Below are positions 1-14,000 of a DNA stretch of 64,000 nucleotides, one piece after another; positions within the stretch are counted from its first letter, which is position 1, and each line of letters begins with the position of its first letter. The position numbers and the translations under genes were made by a program. The DNA comes from Thalia democratica (Eukaryota): positions 29,078,001 to 29,142,000 of the forward strand of contig OZ241833.1 in the NCBI GenBank assembly GCA_965202585.1, in the 5' to 3' direction. The notes under the pieces are model-generated. The model was not told the DNA's origin. It ran no database searches and saw nothing but the letters and a program-made list of their open reading frames with translations.

Positions 1-768
1 GAGAGTTTATTTTAAAAGAATCATAAACATTACAAGCAAAGAAAATAAACTTTTATAAGTTGAGCAACTTAAGAAATATAAACTATTTTTGAAGAAAATC
101 ACAACAAAACGTGTTTAAGTGTTTAGAAGAAAATAAAACGACACGTATATAAACTCAAGTGGCGCCTTTTGTAATAACAACAATAAAAAATCGCTTTTTG
201 TAACAAAAAATAATTTTTTTAACATTACAAAAAATTTTCCATCAGTCAGCAATTTTTTTATTGGTTTAAAAATGGGGTGAGGGCATTCGAATTATAATTA
301 AAAACCGTTTAAAAATAAACGAGTTATATTAAGAAGTTTTGAAGAGTTATATTTCAATATTATTTTATATTAAGATGTTTTTCTAAACAACTTTTAACTA
401 AGCTACTTATTAAACGCTTTAGATAACTTAAATAGAGATAACTTAAATAGAGTTATAAATTGTTTAACGTCATTACTGCGATATATAATGCATGTAAAAA
501 ACAGCTGCTTAATTAATAAATAAATCATAAGCTAAGAAACAAATTATTTAAAAAAGCTCTTTTTGTTTAAGATTACTTCCACTTATTGATAAAATTCTTA
601 CAAACTTTTATGACGACATAAAATGCTTACAGTTTGAATACTGCTGTTAAACGAAATCGTTGAAAATATGTTTAATAAAAAATTAAAATGTAATATTTAA
701 ATACAAATAAATGTTTCTGTTCTATCAGAACAAATTAATCTTAATTTAATATTAAATACAAAACAAAC

Positions 769-3700
769 TTTTTCAGCTTCATCCCACATGGATATTTCAC
801 CCATGTATTTTTCGGGTCTGGTAGAAAGGAACAGCTTGAACGTGAAACCGAAAACCTTGTAAACCGTCTCAAGGAAGTCCAAACCTCCTTTGACTTCCTG
901 CAAATAAATCAACTCTTTAGTGCCAAATTGAATGCCAACTTCGTTTTTATGAAGCTTTAATGTGTTCGGTAGTGAGAAAGCTGTATTTTACATATCTTAT
1001 TTTAGATAGTGCATATAAATTAGAAACAACAAGCTTTATTTGTGATACATAATCTGTTGATTCCATTTTTAGCATTGTTATTCTGGATTTATAACGTTCA
1101 GTACTTATAACTAAATGAGCAAACAATTATTTACAACCATTTGATTTTCTTTCTAAGGTCCGTTAATAAAAACAAACGTATAGAGATAACTTAGCAATTA
1201 ATTTAAAATTAATTTTTTCTTCACCTGTTTAATTTGCGACTGCATGCAGAAAATGTGGGCATCGTCCTGTTGGAACCTTCTGACCCTTGTCAGTCCAGTC
1301 AGCGCTCCGCTCGCCTCGTTTCTGTGCAATACACCGAAATCAGCCATCCGTAACGGCAATTCTCTCCACGAACGGCTGCGGTGGCGGAACATCAAACTGT
1401 ATATCAAATATAATTGGTAAGTGTAATCAATTAATATGTTAGTTTTGTTATTAAAATCATGTGACAAAATCATATATATTACATATGATCAATAGCTAGA
1501 ATCAATAATTATGCTAGTTTTGTCTTCAAAAGGCCGTGGAAATATTTAAAAATTAGTCAGTTAAACAACATGTTCTATATACCGAATACTCTTTTTATAC
1601 TAACCTGATACTAAAAAAAATTACAAGTTAAAACTGTCTCGTGTCAACTTGCAATTCTGGTATAACAACTCATGCCTGAGATGTTTTCAAGTTGATGCTG
1701 TGTATTTAGTATACTTATCGCCTTGTAAACCTTACTGAATGTAAAGCAAATCATTAAGTTAAAAACGAGTTGCTAGTATGGATATAAACTTAAATAGTTT
1801 CTTGACCATTGACAATTAAACATTGATAACTTTGTACAACCATAGAAATGAAAAAATGTTTAATTGTTTTAAACAGTAGCATAAATATGAGTAAAAACTG
1901 TGTGAAAGTGCAAAGTAGTTTTTTACTTTTTTCGCACAAATTAAAACAAACACAACATGATATAAGGATGAATAAAAAGTTTATAAACAAAATGAATACC
2001 AATGGCCAGGACAATTCATGGGCTTGAGAGCGAAGACTTGTTTTTCAATGGTGGTACGGAACATGTTTTCCTCATAATGCTGCCAGTGACCGGATGTTTT
2101 CCACAGATCGCTGTTGTAAATATTAGGAGTGATCACTTCCTGAAATCCGCGTTTCCTGTACTCCTCCTGAATGAATTATTGAAAAACTGTGTTAATGTTA
2201 TATAAAAAACTGTCATTTAAAAACATAAAAACTTAGCCATATAAACGTTTTACTAATTTCTTAAAGTTTATTTAAAATGTAGCAGAAACATTTTAATTTT
2301 ATCACACAAAACATATTTTATTTCTAAAAAAACCTATCCTAGCAACTTTTTAGAAACTCCAGTTTACCAACAACCCACCCTTATAAAAGATTCAAGCTGG
2401 TGGTAGATGAACTGTCCCTTGGGCAAGAAGAAGCAGCTTCCAGGTGACAGTTCGTGGAAGAAGAACAGTTCCTGCTCCTTGCCGATCTTCCTGTGATCCC
2501 TCTTTTTCGCCTCCTCCTGAAACTGCATCCACTCCTTAAGGTCCTTTTTGTCGGGGAAGCTGATGCCGTACACTCTCTGCAGAGTCTCCATGTTTTGGTT
2601 GCCTTCCCAGTACGCTGAAGAGTTCTATGCAAAGTTTTTTTTTAACAATGTTTGTCATTACTGAGCATATCTATGCTAGATAAGCAACTGTGCAGCATTT
2701 TCCTACGAAATTAATGGTTATTTAGTTTATCGCTTTATGCGGAATTCAAGCATTGTAAGTTGTTATTACTATTATTTGTAATTTTTTTTTGTCTTGTTTA
2801 AAATGTCTCATACCAAAAAATCTTACGATGAAGTAAAAGCTTATTCAGCTATTTATGCATGAGTTTCAAAAATCATCTTTTGTTCAGTGCAAAATATTAT
2901 TAATAGTTTCTATTTTCATTCTAATTGACAATATGCTTTTAAAAAAGTACCTTGTATGCGAGTTTAAACTAAACAGTACCTTGTAAAGTTTGACAGCTTT
3001 GACTTTTCCAGTGTGCCTGAGATGAGGACCCCTGCAAAGATCAATCAAGGATCCACATCTGTAGACAGTCGTTGTTGGCGTCTTAACACGTTCGTTCAAC
3101 AGGCGCAACTGTGAATTGAATGGGTTTGAAAATTATGAACAATTTTCAAAAAAAAAAATCTATTTTAATAATAAAACAAGCTTGTGAACTTTAAATTTAC
3201 ATTTAAAGTAGACTATTTTTTTAGCAATGAAAAAAAAATCCAAAATAAGAAAGAAAATTTATGACGAAGATAATTTAAAGCACCTTGAACTTGTTGTACT
3301 TGAACATTTCTTTGAGCGTCTCAACTTTAATTTCCAGCCTTTCAAAAGGCTGCTTTTCCGCAGCAATTTTCTTTATCACCTTTTCAAGTTCTGGAAAGTG
3401 CTTGTCAGAAACTTGCCTGTTACATGTACACAATACACATTTATTAAGTAACTTTCTTCATTTTATTTTTACCTACAACATAATTGCAAAATTGTTTTCA
3501 AAAAACAAGTTCGTTAGCTTCAGATAAGCATATTTAGGATCGTAAAAACTAATAAAAGTTGTGTATGAAATCAGAAGAGGTTACACTTACTCATTTATTA
3601 GCTTGAGTCAAAAGAAAAAAACTGGCTGAAAAATATATTTTTCTATAAAATTTTAAGTTATGCATTAATATTTAAACTGACTGATTTTCCATGTGCATGT

Positions 3701-6700
3701 CATAGTAGAATCCGTTGTCAACTGGTGGTCCGTAGCACAACTCCCCTCCATAAACTCTTTCGAGAGCTTCACCCAAAACATGAGCCGTTGAATGCCAGTA
3801 CACGTACTGTGTTAAATTTTTCATTTATTTATAATATAAAAAGAATAAATGCACTAGTCACTATAACTGCAATTTATCTTCAGAGTTTTAGTTTAATTTA
3901 ATAAAAAAATATTTGTCATAAAAATGTTTACTTATTTAAATAAGAATTACAAACCTGAGCATCACTGTTGATGACTTTGTTACCATCTTTGTCTTTACCC
4001 TTGAAAGTGATCAGCTCCAGAGATGAATCTTCCTCGAAAGGCCTGTCCAAATCCCACATTTTTCCATTGACTTTTGCCACTACGGCGTTGTTTGCAAGAC
4101 TTTTGCTGTATGAGTTTAAAAAATAGTTATGACTACAGAAATATATCAAGTTTGTATTTCTAAACTAAAAATCAGAGAACAGAAGTAACTATAAATAATA
4201 CCTAAAATATCAGAACTTCAATAATTTTGCTTCTATTGTTAAATTGATATTATTAAACACTGTAGTTTTTGGTTTTTCATATTAATTTTTGATACTTTAG
4301 AATAAAATTTATAAATTTTAAAGGGTGTTTACAAAAATAGTTAAATTCATATTCAAGGATATTCATAAAAAATTAATATCTAACCTAATATCTTCAGCGA
4401 TGCTAATTGGTGAGGTGATCCACGATTTGCCCTCGATTTCTTTTCCATCAGGTAGCGTGACTTTGATAGGCTTGGAGTCTTCCTGTTTTTCTGTTGAAGA
4501 AAATTTTTCAAAAAACATACTGTTAGTTTAACTATAACACCCCAAATGCACATATTGTTTAAATAACAAACTTAGGAATAAATACAACATGCAACGGTCA
4601 GGGTTGTCAAAGGTTTTTTGCAAATTTATTCCAGGTTTTTATAAATTAAGTTGTAGTATAATATAAAACTTAACTTAATTAAAAATTTGTCTTTAATAGT
4701 ATAACAGCATACTGTTAGACACTGTAAAGCTACTTTATATGTGTTTTTAATGAAAAAAATAAATGATACACATTTTTTTTATTCTTATGACAGACTTTTA
4801 TTAACTTATCTGAATTTTACTACTTAACATATAAAATAATTTAAAACTCAAGGTTTTTTTAGTAATTTTTGCTTGAAATTTAGTTTTTTTTTCAAAATTT
4901 CTCAAATTTTAGATTTTTTTTACATAAAATATCAAATTCCAGGTTTTTCTAGAACTTCAAGTTTTTTGGCAACCCTGAACAATTCAAAAAATATTCTTAC
5001 TTTTCATGATCCTGTCAGACTCTTCTTTCAATTTCAAATAAATTTCTTCCCTGTCATCAATGTATTTCGGGCGTGGGTTGAGTTCTCTTGCCCCTCCTTC
5101 CGATTTCTTGCTTACTTCCGATGCAGCTGTTCAATGTTCTACTTTTATACAACTAATATTATAAATTAAATGTTAAAAAAGTATAACATACAAAATCATA
5201 CAGTGTGGTTACGATGTATTATGGATTAAAGAAATTAAAATCTAGTGTTTTTAAATGCCCCTTGGTCTTACAAAAAATTTAACAATAAATATTTCCTCTA
5301 AAGTCCTGTATTACTTACAAAATACAAATTTAAAAGTGGATGCAACACCTAAAAAATGGTAAACCATATAAAAGCATGTAGTCAGCATAAACCGAACTTT
5401 TGGTGCAAACTTAATTTAACAATAACAATCAGCAAATTTTAAATACATTATTTTTTATTTTTACTGCTTCACCAGTTAGAGCACTATGTAATGGAAGAGT
5501 TGATTATCAGTATAATACAAGTCACTATTTATAAGTTGAATTGTAAATTATTTAGAATGTAGATGTTTTTTTTACCTTTCTTGTCCTTCTTTTGTGACTG
5601 TTTCATTTTAGCCTGAACGTCCTTAATCTGTGCTGAGGCCATCTTCTGCGTGACTTCTTCCATTTTTGCTTTTGTCTAGCAATTAATTAGAATATTACTT
5701 AAGAAAACACTCTGTTAGTGAAAGCAAAGTGGTGACTATGATTGCAAGCACACAAAAATGAAGTTCATGTTAGTAAAGTTTAGTGTGTGGTCACTCCACT
5801 GTATTAAAATCATCTGTTGAATCTACTGACTAATTATCTAGTTTAGAAGCTTTTAAAAATTTATATGATAAGCAATGCTCTAAATTTTGGTTAGACGACC
5901 TGATAAATAGAAAAACCTTTCAGTCAATAAACTTCTAAATATAACAAAATATTTATAGTCAAGGATTTATGTTTTAAGTTTGGGTAAAACTTTTGACAAA
6001 GATTTAAAGAGATAAAAGGTAATGTCTGTACTCTGTATAATACTTGTTTCATTACACATATTAATTTAAACCATGCATTATTACACAAACAAAACAGTCA
6101 AGAATTTTTCAAAGATCAAAATCTCAACATGCTTCAAATTTCTAAAACATTAAGTAAAAGTATTTATCTTTGATTGTTATTTCAAAGAATTAATTGAAAA
6201 GTTTATATTTGACAACAACTTAAAAAACTTCAAAATTTTCACCTGTTTAAACCTTTGAGTATAGACGTTCTGCAATAAAGGCCTATTAAATTTTATAAAC
6301 TTTTTAAACATAGCACCTAAAGAAACAACTTTTTTAAATTTCAATATAAAAATTATATTAAAATTCAAACCAATAGAATGCAAAACACAAGTATAATGAT
6401 TAAAGACAAAAATAATATATAAATAAATATCACCAGCGCTAAGTGTGATAAACAAACATACTATTTGCTTATAAAGTGTATTCATTTCACATAACTTCTT
6501 GTGTCTCAAGTAGACAATATAGCATATATGGTTACTATTATTACTTTTTAAAAATATTTTTTAATTTAAGCTTTCTGTTTCACTAAAAAGGTGCAGTAAC
6601 ATAGCTTTAAATACTAACTACCACAATTAAACGAATAATTTAGATATGTTATACTAAAATATCAGTTATTATTTTATTAAGTACTGTTTTTTTTTAATAT

Positions 6701-9700
6701 TGCTTAACCTACTTTTTCTTAAAAAGTTCCTTCTTATTATATAAGAACCTCAAAATAAGTTCTAATATTTAATTTTAACTTTGAAGATAATATTTAAAAA
6801 AAATTATAAAACGGATCTAAGTTTAAGTTTTGATAGTTCCTTTTCATAAAACTTTTGCATTAAAACTTTAAAATGACTGATGATTACATCAAATTTTATA
6901 GAATAATTTAAAGTTACTACTCTGTAGCAACAAAAATGTGATTAAAATTATTCAAATTTGACAGATGACTAGTATCTAATAATCTAATGAAGTTTTAGTG
7001 AACAAACTTTCGATAGGGTTACTAATGATTAATAATCATCAGGGATTGGTTAGCTTGTCTGTTAAAAACAATTACAAATTTAGTATCAAAATATCAAAGA
7101 CAAAAAAGGCTTATGTTATCTTTTTATCATAAAAACTAAAGATTCTCAAGTTTAGATAGTTGATATAACTATAAAAATACAAAGCCAAACTTTTTTGATT
7201 TAACAAAAACCTAAAATTTTACAAGGCTGATATTAATTAATTATCAAACAACATGTTGCATTTCGAAATTTATAAAATGAATGTATATTAAATCATAAAT
7301 TGTAGTTTTTTTCTTTGCTGTCACACCCTTTTTACTTCATAGCAAAATTTTAGATATAAGGGGCCAAAGTTGGTAAATCCAATAGTTCTCTTATGGATAA
7401 AGCAAACTAAAAACATGAAGAAAATTAAACTAAAATATTTTTCAATGTTTAACTGATAGTTCTTTAAATGTTTTTTTAATTTTTCTCAAAATAAAACTTT
7501 TTCATTTTATAATTTCAAGATGAGAGATTCTAAGTTCTTTTTAATAAATATTTATGGAGAGTTTGAAACAAAAAACTCACTCAAAAAACTAAAAAGAAGA
7601 TATCAATTAGGGACCTTATCAATTTAAAAAAAAAAAACACTAATAAAAATTTGCATACTTTTGGTATTGAAAACTATTGTAGGAGTGACTGTATCTTAAA
7701 AATATATTATTATGTTTAAATTAAATACTTACAGCTCAACTTAAGCCCTCATGTAAAAGATAATATCAGTTTACTATTAAAGCTGTGTTAGCATGCTGTT
7801 TATTAACTAATGATTTCAGAAATATTGCAATAAACAAAATAACACTTGGAATAAAAATGCAGAAACCATTTTGTATTATAAATTTATTGACTTGGTCTAA
7901 ATAAAAATTGTTTTAATTACCTTAACTAAGGATGCTCAGAGACTTAAAACACATTTAACTTTTTTTAATATTAATTGGATTTAATAAACTTTATGTTTTT
8001 TTTTCAATTTAATACAAAAGTAAATTGTATTATATAATGATATGTTTATTTTTAATAAAAAAACCTTCCCTAATTTGATTTTAGCAATTAAATTTTAGGT
8101 TACCACTTATTGAAGCAAAACAAGTTTTGAAAGAACTAAAATCAAGCTGAGTTTATTAGAATTATTTTATGTACTAAGAGCAAAATATCGAAAAAAATGT
8201 ATACTACTGTTATTAAACTTAACAAAAAATACCTAACAATATTATTGCAATAACAAAAGAACTTAATATTTAAATTTTGAAATAATTTTTAAGAAAAAAA
8301 GGTCTCTTAAGGAGAAAATATAGCCTAAGATTTACAGAAATATTAAAACTAGTCTGAGTTTTGCAAAAGTTGTCAAACAAGCCTGAATAACCAAAGTGTA
8401 TAGCAACCTGTTTAGATGTAATGTTTAATTTTATCTAGTTCAAAATTATCAGAAATGTTGTTTAATACAAACTTGTTAGTACTTTTTTAGTAATTTAAAA
8501 GCTCCCAAGGTTCTAAAATAAAGTTTTTAAGCTTAAAAATTCCAAACAAACAAAGATTCATTAGCTTTTTTTTCAGACTAAAGAAGGTAAGTTATCAATG
8601 ACCGAAAACCATGCACAGTACTCATTACATATATATATATTTATATATAAAAGACTAATTGTAAATTTCAACCATCTTGATAATAAAAATAATTGTATGC
8701 ATAAATTTTTAACATTTTTATCTATTGCACCTCTTATACTTTTACAGAATTGCCACTTACTTTATTAAATTCATAAGCTTTTTAATTAACTCTATTTGTC
8801 AATTTCTGAAGTAATCTGTTAGTTAAACTAACACTAAACCAAACTATTGATTTTGTTTACAACATTTTATTAAATTTCAAAGGAAATTGTTTCAGGTAAA
8901 CACTACTATTTTTACACTTTTAATTCATAATACAAGACAATAAAAGTCTTACTAATATTTACATGATTAAATTAACACTGTTTTCTTACTCTGACAATAC
9001 AAATTTATTAAATTATGTTACATCAAATACATGGTAAACCTTATTTAACAATTCATTAAACTTTAGTTAAAGTTAAACGAGTGAATCTTTTAAAGCAGGG
9101 AAGTAGGTTGAACTAGCTTGCAGCATTTTAATATTTTTGATGTATTGCTACTTTGTAATATTTTTTTGAAGGTATTTATTTTAAAAAAAGTTAAAAACAA
9201 CATCCTTTTAAACAAAAAATATAAATCAAAGTTAATACTTAATTTAAATAAACTGCAGGTTTGTTCAAGATAGATCTTTGATTTAGCCTAAAAAATATTT
9301 CTTGAAATTTGTTTTATTTAAATTGCTGTAAGCTTTATAAATTGTTCTCGACTTCATCATTTGCATCATTACAAAGTTTTAAATGAAAACAGTAAAGTTA
9401 ATATTAAAAAGAAATAAAATGACTTAAATGCAAACTTTTTAAAGTTTAAATTCAACTATCTATAAGAATTGTCTGATTAATACAAAATTAAATGGCTGTT
9501 AAAGAAACGTACTTCTTTTTAGGATTTGTGGCAACCCTATTTAAATTACTACTGATAAAATGACAAAACAAAACTTTCAACTGAATTTCAAAGTCAAGAA
9601 TTATGTAAAACAGTGCTTGAAAAAACTTACAGGCTTGCAACTTTTTTTTTCTTCTTCTACTGCTCTACTCAAATGCAAAGCCTGATACTTTAGCTTGTCA

Positions 9701-9858
9701 TTTTGATTTTCCAAATATTTTATATCCTCATTTTTTTGATCTTCATTAAGACAGCAATCATTTTGTTGCAAAAGAGAAACACTCTGCATAAGTTGGTCTG
9801 CCTGATTACATTGATTTTCAAAAGTTATTGAAAGATCTTTGAGATTAGAGCCATCCAT
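769..9858 (-). CDS. TARS1: Cytosolic threonyl-tRNA synthetase, multi-exon, 3' part outside the window
   Basis: GT-AG exons with continuous phase: 9631-9858, 5576-5675, 5001-5126, 4385-4490, 3955-4105, 3682-3806, 3284-3416, 2980-3108, 2379-2624, 2000-2166, 1225-1396, 769-897. The translation has the TGS domain ([18 protein letters not shown]...[17 protein letters not shown]), editing domain ([21 protein letters not shown]), [65 protein letters not shown] and [10 protein letters not shown]. Joining exon 1 (9631-9858) is less certain than the core. Confidence 0.97.
4599..4977. mobile_element. Non-autonomous DNA transposon (MITE) with CAGGGTTG(T/C)CAA...TTGGCAACCCTG termini, in ThrRS intron 3
   Basis: Terminal inverted repeats and internal CCAGGTTTTT motifs. 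The body is shared in inverted orientation with ~27050-27436 (aaagctactttatatgtgtttttaat vs attaaaagcacatttaaagtagctta). No clean TSD. Confidence 0.65.
9631..9858 (-). CDS. First coding exon of ThrRS: 76-aa coiled-coil/leucine-zipper extension resembling the ArgRS/TARS3 N-terminus
   Basis: ATG at 9856-9858; GTAAGT donor at phase 0 matches the phase-0 acceptor at 5675. Motif CCLNE...[22 protein letters not shown] resembles the recalled human RARS1 stretch CGCL...[22 protein letters not shown]. Confidence 0.75.
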
Positions 9859-10440
9859 GTTCTATTTTTGCTAATACTTATGGTTTTATAACATTAACTA
9901 TTAAAGTGTTATATTAAAAAAATATATATATTGCTAAATATAATTTAGTTTATATTTATCAAAAATTGATCAAGTGTAAGCTCTTTTACTGTATAATTTG
10001 AAAGAACTAGAACAGCCTTGAACAGGGTTGCTATTTTTTGAAGTAAAAGTAGCCTAAGTGAACAGAAAATATCCTGAGTCACTTAATTACTAGCTAGAGT
10101 TTACTAAGTCCCTTGAAATCGAGTTTACATGCCACCAGTACTATCTAATTCTAATTTATGCTAATTTTAAGCTAATTAGACTTGCATGTTTTTGAACAAC
10201 TAAATTATTACTATAAAAAACTTTTGTCATTTAAATTGATAACATGTTAATGTCAGTAATTATAACTTAAATTTTTAATATTAACTGTTATACTTTTTTT
10301 GACTAATTGGGTAGCCTTAAGTCAAAAAAAATCTTTCCTGAACTTCTGAGTGACTTTAACTGTCCTGAGTTTTTTCAAATTCTAAAAAATACTTCTTTTA
10401 ACTTAAAAAAAATCAGGTTGTTTAACATAATTGGTAAAAT

Positions 10441-11015
10441 AATATCAAGGCTGTAGTTTTATGGACATTTAAATTCAAGATTCTCAACACATTCTCATTT
10501 TTTACTTATGTTCATTACCGCACTTTAAAACAGCTGTAATCACATTAGACTACAGGGTTTCCCAAAGTGGGCCAAGTGGCCCCCTAGGGGGCCATGACAG
10601 ATACTCAGGGGGCCAAGAGCAGCAGAGGGGGGCCATGAGCAGTAAAGGAGCCACAGGGGGGGGGGGGGGGGGCATGAGGCCAATGTGTATTTTATATGTT
10701 AGTTTAGAAACTTACACTAGATATTCTTGAGTTGCAGATGAGAGCAAAAAAAAAAGGTCTTTGGTAATTTTTATTGTAGTTTATGAGTAATCTTGGTGAA
10801 GGGGGCCATTTGCAAAAAAGTTTGGGAAACCCTGCGTTAGAGTAATAAAACTCTAGAAATTTGTTTCATGTCCGTAGACCTATAGAATAAGATTTAACTT
10901 TCTATTTTAATAAATAAAATAGTTATGGTACCTCAAAAACCCCTCAAAAAAAAAAGAGTATGTGTTGAGAATCTTGAATTTAAATGTCTGTAAAACTTCA
11001 GCCTGGTAATATAAT
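10441..11015. repeat. ~60-bp imperfect inverted-repeat pair (old MITE) enclosing a younger hAT MITE
   Basis: 10441-10503 (aatatcaaggctgtagttttatggacatttaaattcaagattctcaacaca) is the near reverse complement of ~10955-11015 (tgtgttgagaatcttgaatttaaatgtctgtaaaacttcagcctggtaatat). Confidence 0.6.
10553..10834. mobile_element. hAT (Buster-like) MITE, 282 bp
   Basis: TIRs CAGGGTTTCCCAAA...TTTGGGAAACCCTG. The GC-rich ggccatga/ggcccc interior is shared with 48360-48747 in opposite orientation. Flanks are only an imperfect duplication. Confidence 0.8.
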
Positions 11016-14000
11016 AAGAAATATTGAAACAAAACCACATTCAAAATCCAAAAAAAAACTGGCCTGAGGTTTTCAAAAATCTTAAAACTATCCTGTGTTT
11101 TTCAAACTCATCATATCCTGAAATTTTCATAAATTTTGAAATATGCTGAGTGTGTGGCAACCCTGACTGTAATAATAAGTCATAACTTTATCATTAAAAA
11201 AAAGGGAACTTTTAAGTTCAACAAGCCACTTCTCATAGACCTTTATCAGAGTGTAGTTAGAGTATTGGTACATAATTAATACTAAACAGATGAATTTAAA
11301 TGCTGGATACCAAAAAATAAAAACTATCAATAGTCCACAGACAAATTTTATAAATATATCTGCATTAACTTCAGTGATAGTTGGTTTTTGAGCTAAAGCA
11401 AATTTTTGGTTATGACATCATAAATACTAAGTATCTATTTTAAATTTAAATACTGTGCAATCAAAGTCTTTAAGAGTATACATGTGATCTTTATAATTTA
11501 TTTGTGTAAGAATTTTGTTTTTTATAAGAACTCTACTTCCATCATTAGTACATGCCACAAGGCTTAAAATTTTACATGATAATTTTAATCAACAATAAAA
11601 GATAAAACAAGTTAATTTTTAGAAAATAAATAAAAATTCAAGATAACTGAATCAACTCAATCTCATATAACTTCTAATAAAATCTAGACGGATTTTTACA
11701 AATAATTTAAAAACATTTCGAGTACACAACAAAATTTCCAAGATGGGAATGGACCTTGGTCTTGCTAGATCCTTTTGAAGTTGTGAGAGAACCTAATCAA
11801 AGAGGCCAAATCCCAGTTGTCTGGGTTGGCCTGACTTAGTCATGAGCATTCTAATAACAATTCTTTAATCTGCTATATATAGAAAAAAATTGAAAGTCAT
11901 TTAAGAGTACAAATAAAGTTGATGTAATATTTGTTTTAGTAACTTTATAATGAATTATTTCACATAATTATAGAGAATTTTTTCACTACAACAAAACACA
12001 ATGTTGCATCAGCTTAACTTTCTAAAATGGTGAATAACCATTTTGTACTATTTAGTTCAAGAAAAATGACATACATAGTTTGGTACTAATCAAGAAGAGA
12101 ACAAAATGTATATCAAGTTTTTGAATAGAACTGTGTTTTTACTTTAACTCTTAAAAATATCTTGACCAAGTAAGTATGTGTAAAAAATCCTTTGATTGCT
12201 AAAAAATATTAAGTATGTAACTATTTTACTTAGATGCATCTTTTTGAAATTTACATTAAACTTAAATTTATTTTAAAAATTTAATGTATTTAGACATGTT
12301 AAAAACCTTTAATTTAGACTAACTTTTTTTTTAAGTTTTATTTTTAAAATAATGTTTAAAGTTTGCATACAAACTAATAACTGTTTTTATACCTTGTACG
12401 ACTACAAAATTAACCTGATACGTAATAGGAATGACGTGCAATTTAAATAGAGTTTATACATTGTCTCACGGCATACGAAAGTCCAGGCTCCAGGCTTAGT
12501 CTCTGTACTCTTTAGACTTTAACCGATATTTTTTTAGCTAAATAGAGTACATATATTTTTAATGATTTTACCTTGTGATCACTATAACTTTTAAAACACG
12601 TATTACGCTTGCTTTATTTTACCAATATGTATTTCACTTTACTTTAAATGTTCTTTTTTATATATATTTGTTTTTTAAGTCAGTTCTAGCTAAGTTAGAT
12701 TGTGTTGTTCATATAAAAAATATAATATATATAGGGTTATCAAAAACAAAACATGGTGTTTGTAATTTATTTGCAAACTAATTTTGTTGTCTTAATAATT
12801 TATCCCGACAAAACTTAAATAACCTATGGATTTTATTCTTTACTTCAACATTTAAGAAAAACTATGTTTGTAAATATTTTAGTTTAAAAGTGTACCTAGT
12901 TTTTTTTTTTGTTTTCGTAGTATGTTAAGTGTGTTTTATTGAAAATATTAAACTATAATTAAAGTTTTTATGTTTTAGCACTTTAAATATATAACAAAAA
13001 GAAGTTACGAGATGCAATAAATTAATAAACAAAATGTAGTTTATATTAGTTTTCAAACTTTCAGTAGTACTTTTTGTTTTTGTTTTCATAAACTTATTAG
13101 CTAGAACCTGATTTTTTTATCAATGGCATAAATTACAAGAGTCGACTAAAATAAAAACATTCGTTCAAGATATAGTTTTCAGCTTAAAAAGTATTATAAA
13201 TAAGCTTCGAAAAACCTAAAAGCTCCTAACTTAATGCTTAGAAAATACTATTGTGTTTTTATCTTCTTTTTATCAAATTTTTAAGAATGAAGTTGTATTT
13301 TATTATTATTAATACATTTATCTACCCTCAAAAAATGTTTTTAATACGACCTAAGAAAAACTTGTACTAGGATAATTGGCCTGTTAATTACAAAAGGGAC
13401 CCTAAAACAAACCTAAAAATAAACATAGAATTTTACAAAAGTTGTAAATAAGTGAAACATCTTAACGACTGTACAAAAGTTTTAGAATATAACACTTAAT
13501 TACAATAGCTTTAATACTTAATTTTTATATGAAAAGTTAACTTGAATATTTAAATGAGGTTTTAAGCTTTACTTAAAGGGTAAATTTTAAACTTTGATAA
13601 ATGTCTTTACTTCAACTTAATAACTATGTAAACTATAAAACAACAGCACCTTAATGAATTTTTATTTCACACAGTCTAACTAAACTCTATTAAAATAAGT
13701 TTTACTTCGATCGAAAAAAATAAGTAATAGTTTAAAGAAATGATTTCTAATAAAACGTTTTTAAGTCAGTAAATGATAAATAAGGTATAACTTTTTTTAC
13801 ATAAAATTTTTTTATCAAAAACTACGAAAATTTCAATTTTTTACACAATGTATACACATTAAACTACGAAATAATTAAACATCACAAAAATAAAAACAAT
13901 AATAAATAATATTTTTTTAGTAACTTACGACAAAATATTTAACCTATTTTAAAATAAATCTATCTTTGCCAGAAGCGCTTTTTATAACTAAGAAACTTTA

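Noticed and set aside
6177-6509. AT-rich ORF here and similar ones at 18093-18344, 29094-29603 and 61715-61945
   Set aside because: F/L/I/K-biased translations typical of random AT-rich or antisense DNA, with no motifs.
6850-8500. LINE-like remnants in ThrRS intron 1 (e.g. [10 protein letters not shown] near 7350)
   Set aside because: Too short and decayed to support by eye.
11730-11880. GC-richer island with an acceptor-like start (IKELLLECS*LSQANPDNWDL...)
   Set aside because: In-frame stops and no recognisable family.
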